This document shows, one piece after another, positions 1 through 7,105 of a DNA stretch of 64,000 nt. Below the pieces are notes generated by a model. It did no database searches and was not told the DNA's origin. It worked only from the letters and a program-made list of their open reading frames with translations. Every line of letters begins with the position of its first letter. Position 1 is the first letter of the stretch. The stretch is from Patescibacteria group bacterium. Lineage in GTDB: Bacteria; Patescibacteriota; Minisyncoccia; Moranbacterales; UBA2206. A program made the position numbers and the translations under genes. The stretch is from NCBI GenBank assembly GCA_022711335.1, contig JAKLFF010000001.1, positions 40,260 through 104,259 of the forward strand, read 5' to 3'.

Positions 1-755
1 AACCAGGCATTTGGTCGGCTTGCGTATCTTCGCAAATTGGCTGTCCGATGGGTTGCCAATTTTGCGCAACAGGCAAAGGCGGATTTGTGAGAAATTTAAC
101 TTCCGAAGAAATAATCGATCAGATTTTGTTTTGGAAGCAGCATCTCAAGAAAAATAAAATCAGCGGCATTTTTTCCAATATCGTTTTTATGGGAATGGGA
201 GAGCCATTTCTCAATTGGAAAGAGGTATCCAAAAGCATAAAAGATTTGACTGATCCGAAATTATTCGGTTTTGGATCAAGAAGCATATCTGTCTCAACGG
301 TTGGCATTCGGGAAGGAATTGAAAAAATAGCCAAGGAATTTCCCCAGGTGAATCTGGCCATTTCTTTGCATTTCGGAAATAACAAAAAAAGATCAGAATA
401 TATGCCAATTAACAAAGACTATGATTTAAATAACATTAAAAATTCCATTTCCTGTTATTTTCAAAAAACCAGGAGGAAGATTTTTTTGGAATATATCATG
501 CTTGCGGATATTAATGACAGTCAGAAAGACGCGGATGACTTGATTAAGTTTATAAGGTCCATAGATGATAATTATCTTTTGCATCTGAATCTTATTAAAT
601 ATAACGAAACTTCCGGAAAATTTGTTCCTTCAACCGGAACGAAAATGAATGAATTTAAAAATTATCTTGTTTCTAGAGAAATAAGCGTCACAATAAGAAA
701 AAGCCTTGGAGAAGATATCCAAGGCGCATGCGGGCAGCTGGCTGGCAAAAATTAA
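1..755 (+). CDS. rlmN: Radical-SAM rRNA/tRNA adenine-C2 methyltransferase RlmN, 5-prime truncated at window edge
   Basis: The frame stays open back to position 1. It reads PGIWSACVSSQIGCPMGCQFCATG, which is the RlmN CxxxCxxC cluster motif. The C-terminus ...DIQGACGQLAG matches the RlmN terminal motif. Confidence 0.8.
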   Translation, partial: PGIWSACVSSQIGCPMGCQFCATGKGGFVRNLTSEEIIDQILFWKQHLKKNKISGIFSNIVFMGMGEPFLNWKEVSKSIKDLTDPKLFGFGSRSISVSTVGIREGIEKIAKEFPQVNLAISLHFGNNKKRSEYMPINKDYDLNNIKNSISCYFQKTRRKIFLEYIMLADINDSQKDADDLIKFIRSIDDNYLLHLNLIKYNETSGKFVPSTGTKMNEFKNYLVSREISVTIRKSLGEDIQGACGQLAGKN

Positions 756-2422
756 ATATTTTTTACCATATAAGTATCTTCCAGTCTATATTCCAGCTTT
801 TTATAGTATCCCCGGACTCCAACACCTGAAATAACGGCGATTTTTTTTATTCCGAAATCTTGTTTGGCAATTCTTTCAGCTTCGGCAATAAGTTTCTTTC
901 CAAGTCCGATATGCTGGGGAGATTTATTGTCCTTTCTGCTTATCTCGGTCATTTTTCCATAAGTATGCACCTCGCGGATGATAGCGGAATTCCTTAATAT
1001 TGGCATATAATCATACAATTTGTCATTCCCGACTTGACCGGGAATCCAGTTTTTAATTTTTATTTGTTTGGCTAGATTCCCGCTTTCGCGAGAATGACAA
1101 ATAAAGGGAACTCTTAATCGCAACAATGCGAATAATTTTTTCTTGTCTTTTGACACGAATTGCAAAAATATTTCTTTTCCGCCTGATGCGTTATAATCAA
1201 TCCGATCGAGAATTATTTTTTCATTTATTTTATAATCCAGCTTTACTTCCCGGCATCGGATGCATTGGCAGTTTGATCTGGGAATAATCAGCTGGCGCAG
1301 ATTGGATAATTTCGGTCCAGCAATAATTGAAGTGGAGGGAACATCGCGGACCAGGCGGGAAATCCGGACGTAGGGCGGAATGATTTTGTTTTTTATTTCC
1401 AAAACCAGTTTTTCAAACTGCTTATCGCTCATCGGATTGTATTTTCCTTGTTTCCAAGCTTTGTATAAATCGCTGTTTTTCACAACAACAGTCGGATAAA
1501 TTTTGAGCATATCCGGACGAAAATCGGGATTGGAAAATAATTTTTGAAACATTTCCAAATCTCTCTTGGAATTTGATCCGGGAAGTCCGGGCATAATGTG
1601 ATAATTTATTTTGAATCCGGCGTCTTTAAGAAGTTTAGAGGCTTCTATAGTGGCTTCTACATTATGTCCGCGGCTATTAATTTTTAAAATATCATCAAAA
1701 ATATTTTGCACGCCCAGTTCAACTCTCGTGCAGCCCAAATTTCTAAAATTAATTATTTCTTTTTCCGAAATATAATCCGGCCGCGTTTCCAGTGTCAGCC
1801 CAATAATCCTATGCCTAGCCTTTTCATTTTTTCTTTGCTCGATTAGCAATAAATTTTTTGTTACATGTTTCGTGTTATATGTTTTATGTTTTGTGTATTC
1901 ATTGCAGGCGCGGAAACATTCAGTGATGAACCAGCGCTGATATTTTTTGGGAAGATAGGAAAAAGTTCCGCCCATGACGATCAATTCGATTTTGTCAGTT
2001 TTGTGCCCGTTAAGTTCGAGTGATCGAAGCCGGTTTTGCACTTGGGCGTATGGATTAAATTTTGAGAAAATGGCGCGCATAACGGCCGGTTCATTGGAAA
2101 GATAGCTTTTGGGCATTTTGGGTTCAGTCGGGCAATAAAGGCATTTTCCAGGGCAAGGAAATGGCTTTGTAAGGACGGCGACAACGGCTACCCCAGACTG
2201 AGTGCGGATGCTTCGGCTCATCATAACCTTTTCGAGATTGGCGCTTGGTTTGATTTCTTTTTTTTCTATCAGTTTGTTATAAATTTCCCGTAGATCTGCA
2301 TTAGTCGGCAGGGGAAGTCTCAACTTTTTGCAGAGGTCTTTTTTGATTTGCGAAAAATCTTCGGAATTTTTAACATTCCTTTTTATTGCTAATTTTATGA
2401 AGTTGTCATAAGCTGGATTCAT
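752..2422 (-). CDS. elp3: Elp3-like protein: N-terminal radical-SAM domain plus C-terminal GNAT acetyltransferase domain. Carries an in-frame repeat-element insertion.
   Basis: The radical-SAM motif is PFPCPGKCLYCP (CxxxxCxxC). The GNAT tail HIGLGKKLIAEAERIAKQDFGIKKIAVISGVGVRGYYKKLEY is typical of Elp3. The 556 aa ORF reads through repeat copy 1 at 1021..1099. Confidence 0.85.
   Translation of the reverse strand: MNPAYDNFIKLAIKRNVKNSEDFSQIKKDLCKKLRLPLPTNADLREIYNKLIEKKEIKPSANLEKVMMSRSIRTQSGVAVVAVLTKPFPCPGKCLYCPTEPKMPKSYLSNEPAVMRAIFSKFNPYAQVQNRLRSLELNGHKTDKIELIVMGGTFSYLPKKYQRWFITECFRACNEYTKHKTYNTKHVTKNLLLIEQRKNEKARHRIIGLTLETRPDYISEKEIINFRNLGCTRVELGVQNIFDDILKINSRGHNVEATIEASKLLKDAGFKINYHIMPGLPGSNSKRDLEMFQKLFSNPDFRPDMLKIYPTVVVKNSDLYKAWKQGKYNPMSDKQFEKLVLEIKNKIIPPYVRISRLVRDVPSTSIIAGPKLSNLRQLIIPRSNCQCIRCREVKLDYKINEKIILDRIDYNASGGKEIFLQFVSKDKKKLFALLRLRVPFICHSRESGNLAKQIKIKNWIPGQVGNDKLYDYMPILRNSAIIREVHTYGKMTEISRKDNKSPQHIGLGKKLIAEAERIAKQDFGIKKIAVISGVGVRGYYKKLEYRLEDTYMVKNI
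1021..1099. mobile_element. MITE-like double-hairpin element, copy 1, in-frame inside elp3
   Basis: The sequence is tgtcattcccgacttgaccgggaatccag, then a 28 bp AT spacer, then ctagattcccgctttcgcgagaatgaca. The ends are inverted repeats, and each arm contains its own mini-palindrome. Confidence 0.9.
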
Positions 2423-2434
2423 ATGGATTTATTT

Positions 2435-2512
2435 TGTCATTCCGGGCTTGACCCGGAATCTAGTCGATAAATTAGTTAATTTAACTGGATTCCCGCTTTC
2501 GCGGGAATGACA
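2435..2512. mobile_element. MITE-like double-hairpin element, copy 2, intergenic between elp3 start and the methyltransferase gene
   Basis: The sequence is tgtcattccgggcttgacccggaatctag, a spacer, then ctggattcccgctttcgcgggaatgaca. It has the same TIRs as copy 1. Confidence 0.9.
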
Positions 2513-2528
2513 ATAGAATTAGAGTTAT

Positions 2529-3182
2529 ATGGGCAAGAAGGAAACTGAAGAAATATTTAAGCAATTAGAATCTGGCTACGACGAGATGGCGGGGAAGTTT
2601 TCCGAAACCCGGAAGTTTTTTTGGCGCGATTTGGAATTTATCGCTGATTATATTAAAAATGACGATAAAATTTTGGATTATGGATGTGGAAATGGCAGAC
2701 TCCTGGAAATACTGAATGATAAGGAAATTAATTATACGGGTGTTGATATTTCGGGAGAATTGATAAAATTGGCTAAGCGAAAGTATAAAGGCAAAAATAT
2801 AAAATTCCAAAAAATATCCAGTCAGAGCAGTCTACCATTTCCTGATAATTATTTCAATGTCTTCATATCTATTGCAGTATTTCATCATTTTCCTCAGAAA
2901 TATGCGGAGGTTATGGCGGAAGAATTATTCCGCGTGATTAAGACCGGCGGAAAAGTCATAGTTACCGTTTGGAATCTGGAGCAAGAAAAATACAAAAAAT
3001 ATTTTTTAAAAAGCCAGGAAGGTTACATTCCATTCAAAGATAATTATGGAAATGTTTTTAATCGCTACCATTGCCTTTATACAAAAAAAGGCCTTGAAGA
3101 ACTATTTCTCAAGGCAGGATTTAAGATTGAAAAATCCGAAGTTATTAGGGGAAAAAATATAATACTGATCGGAAAAAAATAG
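2529..3182 (+). CDS. Class I SAM-dependent methyltransferase
   Basis: The glycine-rich SAM-binding motif LDYGCGNGRLLE is present. The layout is Methyltransf_11/25-like. Confidence 0.7.
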   Translation: MGKKETEEIFKQLESGYDEMAGKFSETRKFFWRDLEFIADYIKNDDKILDYGCGNGRLLEILNDKEINYTGVDISGELIKLAKRKYKGKNIKFQKISSQSSLPFPDNYFNVFISIAVFHHFPQKYAEVMAEELFRVIKTGGKVIVTVWNLEQEKYKKYFLKSQEGYIPFKDNYGNVFNRYHCLYTKKGLEELFLKAGFKIEKSEVIRGKNIILIGKK

Positions 3183-3187
3183 CTTTG

Positions 3188-3270
3188 TGCCGAAGGAGAG
3201 AGTCGAACTCTCATGGGATTTCTCCCGCACGATTTTGAGTCGTGTGCGTCTGCCATTCCGCCACTTCGGC
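3188..3270 (-). tRNA. tRNA-Leu (anticodon CAA), type II with long variable arm
   Basis: The reverse complement is GCCGAAGTGGCGGAATGGCAGACGCACACGACTCAAAATCGTGCGGGAGAAATCCCATGAGAGTTCGACTCTCTCCTTCGGCA. It has a 7-bp acceptor stem and an anticodon stem CACGA/TCGTG with loop CTCAAAA. The T-loop is TTCGA and the long variable arm is CGGGAGAAATCCC. CCA is not encoded. Confidence 0.85.
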
Positions 3271-3289
3271 TTGTTCAGTGTAAGTTATC

Positions 3290-3400
3290 TAAATATTTTC
3301 TTCCAATTATAACATAAACAAATATCATCTTTATGCGCGGTCGCCAGAGGCGACTAAATCTACCAATTCCGCTTTACCCGCCTCCGGCGGGCACTTCGGC
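3290..3400 (-). other. tRNA-Leu-like fragment (acceptor 5-prime half plus D-arm) interrupted by GC-rich hairpins; possible pseudo-tRNA or structured leader
   Basis: The minus strand reads GCCGAAGTG[CCCGCCGGAGGCGGG]TAAAGCGGAATTGGTAGA[TTTAGT]CGCCTCTGGCGAC. It shares GCCGAAGTG and the GCGGAATnGGnAGA D-arm with the intact tRNA-Leu 120 bp away. No anticodon or T arm follows. Confidence 0.3.
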
Positions 3401-3442
3401 TTTTTGTGCCTAGCCTGTTTTTATAGTACAATATACTTGATT

Positions 3443-4234
3443 ATGGCAAAAATAATATCTCTCGTCAACCAAAAAGGGGGAGTGGGAAAAACTACCTCGG
3501 CTATTAATTTAGCCACCTATCTCGCGGCGGCAGGAAGATTTGTGCTGCTTGTCGACCTTGATCCGCAGGGAAACGCTTCATCGGGATTGGGCATAAATCT
3601 TTCTAAATTGGAAAAAAATCTCTATCATTCTATGATAATTGGAGAGCATCCGTCCAAAATAATTCTTCGCACGGAAACTCTCGGCCATGACATAATTCCG
3701 GCTTCCCAGGATTTGGCCGGGGCGGGAATCGAACTTGTCCACATGGATAATCGCGAGTTTCGGCTGTATAATGTACTTAGAGAAATCAGGACCAATTACG
3801 ATTATATCATAATTGATTCACCGCCAAGCCTCGGACTTCTCACGATAAACGGACTGGTTGCCAGCGACGAGGTGATCATTCCGGTTCAAACTGAATATTT
3901 TGCTCTTGAAGGGCTTAGCCAGCTTTTAAATACTATCGATCTGGTCAAAGAAAATTTGCAGCCGGATCTGAAAATTATGGGCGCGCTTCTTACGATGTAT
4001 GACAAGAGAAATCGCCTGGCGCGGCAGGTGATAAAAGAAGTAAGGGATCATTTTCCGGGATTTGTTTTTGACTCTGTTGTTCCGAGATCGGTGCGCCTGG
4101 CGGAGGCACCAGGATTTGGAAAGTCAATTTTGGGATTTGACCAGTTTTCCAAAGGCGCTCGGGCGTACAAAAATCTAGCGAGAGAAATAATTGGGATGGA
4201 AAAGAAAAGCAGCAATAAAAGTTTTACAGTATAA
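3443..4234 (+). CDS. parA: Chromosome partitioning ATPase ParA/Soj
   Basis: MAKIISLVNQKGGVGKTT is the deviant Walker A motif. The start was moved to the ATG at 3443; the listed ORF starts at 3404. Confidence 0.9.
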   Translation: MAKIISLVNQKGGVGKTTSAINLATYLAAAGRFVLLVDLDPQGNASSGLGINLSKLEKNLYHSMIIGEHPSKIILRTETLGHDIIPASQDLAGAGIELVHMDNREFRLYNVLREIRTNYDYIIIDSPPSLGLLTINGLVASDEVIIPVQTEYFALEGLSQLLNTIDLVKENLQPDLKIMGALLTMYDKRNRLARQVIKEVRDHFPGFVFDSVVPRSVRLAEAPGFGKSILGFDQFSKGARAYKNLAREIIGMEKKSSNKSFTV

Positions 4235-4261
4235 AAAAATAAAAAATCCGAAGCACGAAAT

Positions 4262-4384
4262 CAGAAATTCGAAACAAATTCAAAATATTAAATTTGAAAT
4301 GGCTAAAACTGTTTTGAATTTTAAACATTTGAATTTGTATATTGTTTCGAATTTCGATATTCGAATTTCGAGTTTGATTAATTT
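4262..4384. repeat. AT-rich heptameric GAATTTN/TTCGAAA repeat array in the parA-parB spacer
   Basis: attcgaaacaaattcaaaatattaaatttgaaat...gtttcgaatttcgatattcgaatttcgag. The same motif family recurs at 6977..7105 and 21968..22105. Confidence 0.6.
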
Positions 4385-5398
4385 ATGGCTCAGAATTATG
4401 GATTAGGCCGGGGTCTTGCCTCGCTTATTCCCCAAAAACGCAAATCCGTCCCTTTTGGCGGATCGCAGCCGGGCGATGAAGCAGAAAAAAAAGTAGTCGA
4501 ACCAAAAGAAGATTTCAATTATTTCGGCGCTTCTGCGGCTCCTGGGAGCGTTGCTGCAGCCATTAAGGCCAATCCTGTTTCAACCGCGTCTCCTAAAAAT
4601 AGCGGCGCAGAGAAAGATAATGGCGCAGGAAATGAAATTCGGGAAGTGGAAATGATAAAAATAGTTCCCAATCCCCACCAGCCAAGGCTGAGTTTTAATG
4701 ATGAAAAACTCGAAGAACTTGCTGGCTCCATCAAAGAGCATGGGATTATCCAGCCGATAACTGTTACAAAAAATAATGGCAATTTTGAAATTGTAACCGG
4801 AGAACGGCGTTTTCAGGCGGCAAAAATGGCTGGTCTTAAGACTGTTCCGGTGATAGTTCGGGATGCGAACGAAAAACAAAAACTGGAGTTGGCTATCACT
4901 GAAAATGTTCAGCGCCATGATCTTGACGCAATTGAAGAAGCCAAAGCCTATAAAAAGCTGATAGAAGAATTTGAAATGAATCAGGAGGAAGTAGCTAAAA
5001 AAATCGGCATAAGCCGCAGTGCGGTAGCCAACAAGATCAGGCTTCTTGGCCTCCCGGTGGAAATTCAAAAAGCACTGATTGCCGGCGATATAACGGAAGG
5101 ACACTGCAAACTGCTTTTGGCAATATCTAATCCGGAAAGACAGAAGGCTTTTTATGAAATGATTTTGAAAAACAAGCTGACCGTCAAGCAAACTGAAACA
5201 AAAACCAAAGAATTTTCAGTCAAGACCCACAAAAGAACATTGCATATTGATCCGGAAATAAAACAAATAGAAGACGAGCTTTCCCAAAAACTGGGTACTA
5301 AGGTAAAACTGACTAAATCAGGCGGGGGAGGAAGAATCATAGTAGAATATTATTCGCAGGAGGAATTGAATAATATTTTGGATAAAATTGCAAAATAA
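4385..5398 (+). CDS. parB: Chromosome partitioning protein ParB/Spo0J
   Basis: The GLGRGLASL N-terminus and the ParB box VTGERRFQAAKMAGLKTVPVIVRD are present, as is the HTH stretch KKIGISRSAVANKIRLLGLP. There is an expanded GC-rich N-terminal linker. Confidence 0.9.
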   Translation: MAQNYGLGRGLASLIPQKRKSVPFGGSQPGDEAEKKVVEPKEDFNYFGASAAPGSVAAAIKANPVSTASPKNSGAEKDNGAGNEIREVEMIKIVPNPHQPRLSFNDEKLEELAGSIKEHGIIQPITVTKNNGNFEIVTGERRFQAAKMAGLKTVPVIVRDANEKQKLELAITENVQRHDLDAIEEAKAYKKLIEEFEMNQEEVAKKIGISRSAVANKIRLLGLPVEIQKALIAGDITEGHCKLLLAISNPERQKAFYEMILKNKLTVKQTETKTKEFSVKTHKRTLHIDPEIKQIEDELSQKLGTKVKLTKSGGGGRIIVEYYSQEELNNILDKIAK

Positions 5399-5472
5399 AA
5401 AACGACCCCTCGGCCATTAAGAAATTTGATATTTTATCTACCTTATTAGCAGGCGGGTTAGAAATTAAAAAT

Positions 5473-6966
5473 TTATAAAAGTATCCCTTCCTTCTTCATG
5501 AACCTCCGAATGTGGCTTTTAGCGTTAGAGGTTCGGACAAATTTTAACCAGTCGCGGCTGGGCTTTTTGGGGTCTCTTGACGTGATGATTTCAACAACTT
5601 CGCCGTTTTTTATCTTATAATCCAGAGGAACCATTTTTCCGTTGACTTTGGCGCCCATAGTGCGGTTTCCGATCTCGCTGTGCACCTGATAGGCAAAATC
5701 GACGGGGGTAGCGTCTTCCGGAAGATCAATGATATCGCCGAGCGGCGTAAAAGCAAAGATGTGGTTTTTAAAAAAATCAATTTTTAAAGTTTCGATGAAC
5801 TCACCGTCGTCTGTTCCAAATTCTTTCTGCCATTCCCGAAGCTGGCGCATCCAGGCCATTTCTTTTTCCGGAACTTTAGCCTTTTTTCTGAAAAGCAGAT
5901 CAGTGAAGCTTTTTTTATTTTCGCTATAAATCCAGTGCGAAGCGATACCGAATTCGGCTTCATCATGCATTTTTTTGGTGCGGATCTGGATTTCCAGGAA
6001 TTTTCCTTCCGGCCCGAAAATAGTAGTATGGATCGACTGGTAGTGGTTGGGCTTAGGAAGAGAAATATAATCCTTGATTCTTCCCACAAGCGGGCGATAT
6101 TTTTTGTGGACTATGCCAAGAGTCTCATAACAATTGGCCAGTTCCGGAACAATAATCCTGATTCCGGCCAGATCGTAAATTTTATTAATATCCATATCGT
6201 GGCGTTCGAGTTTTTGGTAGAGGCTGTATAGGTGCTTGGTACGTCCGGATACGGAAATAACTTTTATGCCTGATTTCAAAAGTTCCTTCTTCAGTTCAAA
6301 AACCACTTTGTCAACGTATTTTTTTCTTTGTTCAAACTCCTTGCGGGACAGTTTGGAAACATATTCATAATTTTTGGAATCAAGATGCCTAAAAGCCAGA
6401 TCTTCAAGGCGAGCTTTTATTTCTCCAATCCCCAGGCGATTGGCGAGAGGCGCAAAAATTTCCATAGTTTCAAGAGCGATGCGGTGCTGCTTTTCTTTGT
6501 CGACGCTTTCCAGCGTTTCCATATTGTGCAGCCGGTCGGCCAGTTTTATGATAACCACCCGCACGTCTTCTGCCATAGCTAAAAACATTTTTCGCAAGTT
6601 TTCCAGGTAAATTTCTTCTTTGGTTCCCTTGAGGCGCAGCTTTCCAAGCTTGGTAACTCCGTCAACCAAAGAAGCAATCTCATGGCCGAATTTATTTTCT
6701 ACTTCGGAAAGGGTGGTTTTTGTATCTTCTGGAACATCATGAAGAAGGCCGGCGGAAATGGTTTTTGATCCCATTCCGATCTTGGCCAAAGTTAGGGCGG
6801 TGTGAAGCGGATGCTGGATATAATCTTCCCCGGATTTCCTTTTTTGCCCTTTGTGGGCAAGGAGAGCTATTTCATAGGCGCTTCTAATCCGAGCTTCTCT
6901 TTTTGCGTCCCCGATAAATTTGGTGTTTTTAAGAATGTCTTCAATTGTGAGGGTTTGAAAAGGCAC
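5473..6966 (-). CDS. rel: Rel/SpoT-family bifunctional (p)ppGpp synthetase/hydrolase, short form without C-terminal ACT region
   Basis: The HD hydrolase motif is LLHDVPEDT. The synthetase domain shows GRTKHLYSLYQK...YQSIHTTI, and the TGS domain shows GDIIDLPEDATPVDFAYQVHSEIG. Confidence 0.85.
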   Translation of the reverse strand: MPFQTLTIEDILKNTKFIGDAKREARIRSAYEIALLAHKGQKRKSGEDYIQHPLHTALTLAKIGMGSKTISAGLLHDVPEDTKTTLSEVENKFGHEIASLVDGVTKLGKLRLKGTKEEIYLENLRKMFLAMAEDVRVVIIKLADRLHNMETLESVDKEKQHRIALETMEIFAPLANRLGIGEIKARLEDLAFRHLDSKNYEYVSKLSRKEFEQRKKYVDKVVFELKKELLKSGIKVISVSGRTKHLYSLYQKLERHDMDINKIYDLAGIRIIVPELANCYETLGIVHKKYRPLVGRIKDYISLPKPNHYQSIHTTIFGPEGKFLEIQIRTKKMHDEAEFGIASHWIYSENKKSFTDLLFRKKAKVPEKEMAWMRQLREWQKEFGTDDGEFIETLKIDFFKNHIFAFTPLGDIIDLPEDATPVDFAYQVHSEIGNRTMGAKVNGKMVPLDYKIKNGEVVEIITSRDPKKPSRDWLKFVRTSNAKSHIRRFMKKEGILL

Positions 6967-6976
6967 GAGTTTATTA

Positions 6977-7105
6977 TGAATTTAGAATTTAGAATTTCGA
7001 ATTTTGAATTGGAATCTGGAATATTGAATTTCGAGGTAATCTCGGCTGTTTTTTATTTTAAATTCTTAATTCCCATTCTAAATTCCAACTTCACAATTCA
7101 AAATT
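6977..7105. repeat. Inverted arrays of heptameric GAATTTN repeats flanking a ~60 bp core, intergenic between topA 3-prime end and rel 5-prime end
   Basis: The left arm is gaatttagaatttagaatttcgaattttgaattggaat. The right arm is ttctaaattccaacttcacaattcaaaattc, the reverse orientation. Confidence 0.6.

Noticed and set aside
3404-3442. Listed parA start at 3404 (MCLACFYSTIYLI...)
   Set aside because: The canonical ParA N-terminus MAKIISLVNQKGGVGKTT begins at the ATG at 3443. The upstream codons overlap the GC hairpin region.
4235-4384. Canonical parS (TGTTTCACGTGAAACA) near parAB
   Set aside because: Only weak resemblance was found (tgtttcgaatttcga). No 16-bp palindromic parS match was seen anywhere in the window.
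4191-4406. 71 aa ORF spanning the parA-parB spacer
   Set aside because: It is made of the heptameric AT repeat array and overlaps the parA end and parB start. It is more likely a non-coding repeat region.
4580-5191. 203 aa minus-strand ORF (and 4519..4782, 5152..5340) antisense to parB
   Set aside because: It lies entirely inside the well-supported parB gene on the opposite strand, has no motifs and is compositionally a shadow ORF.
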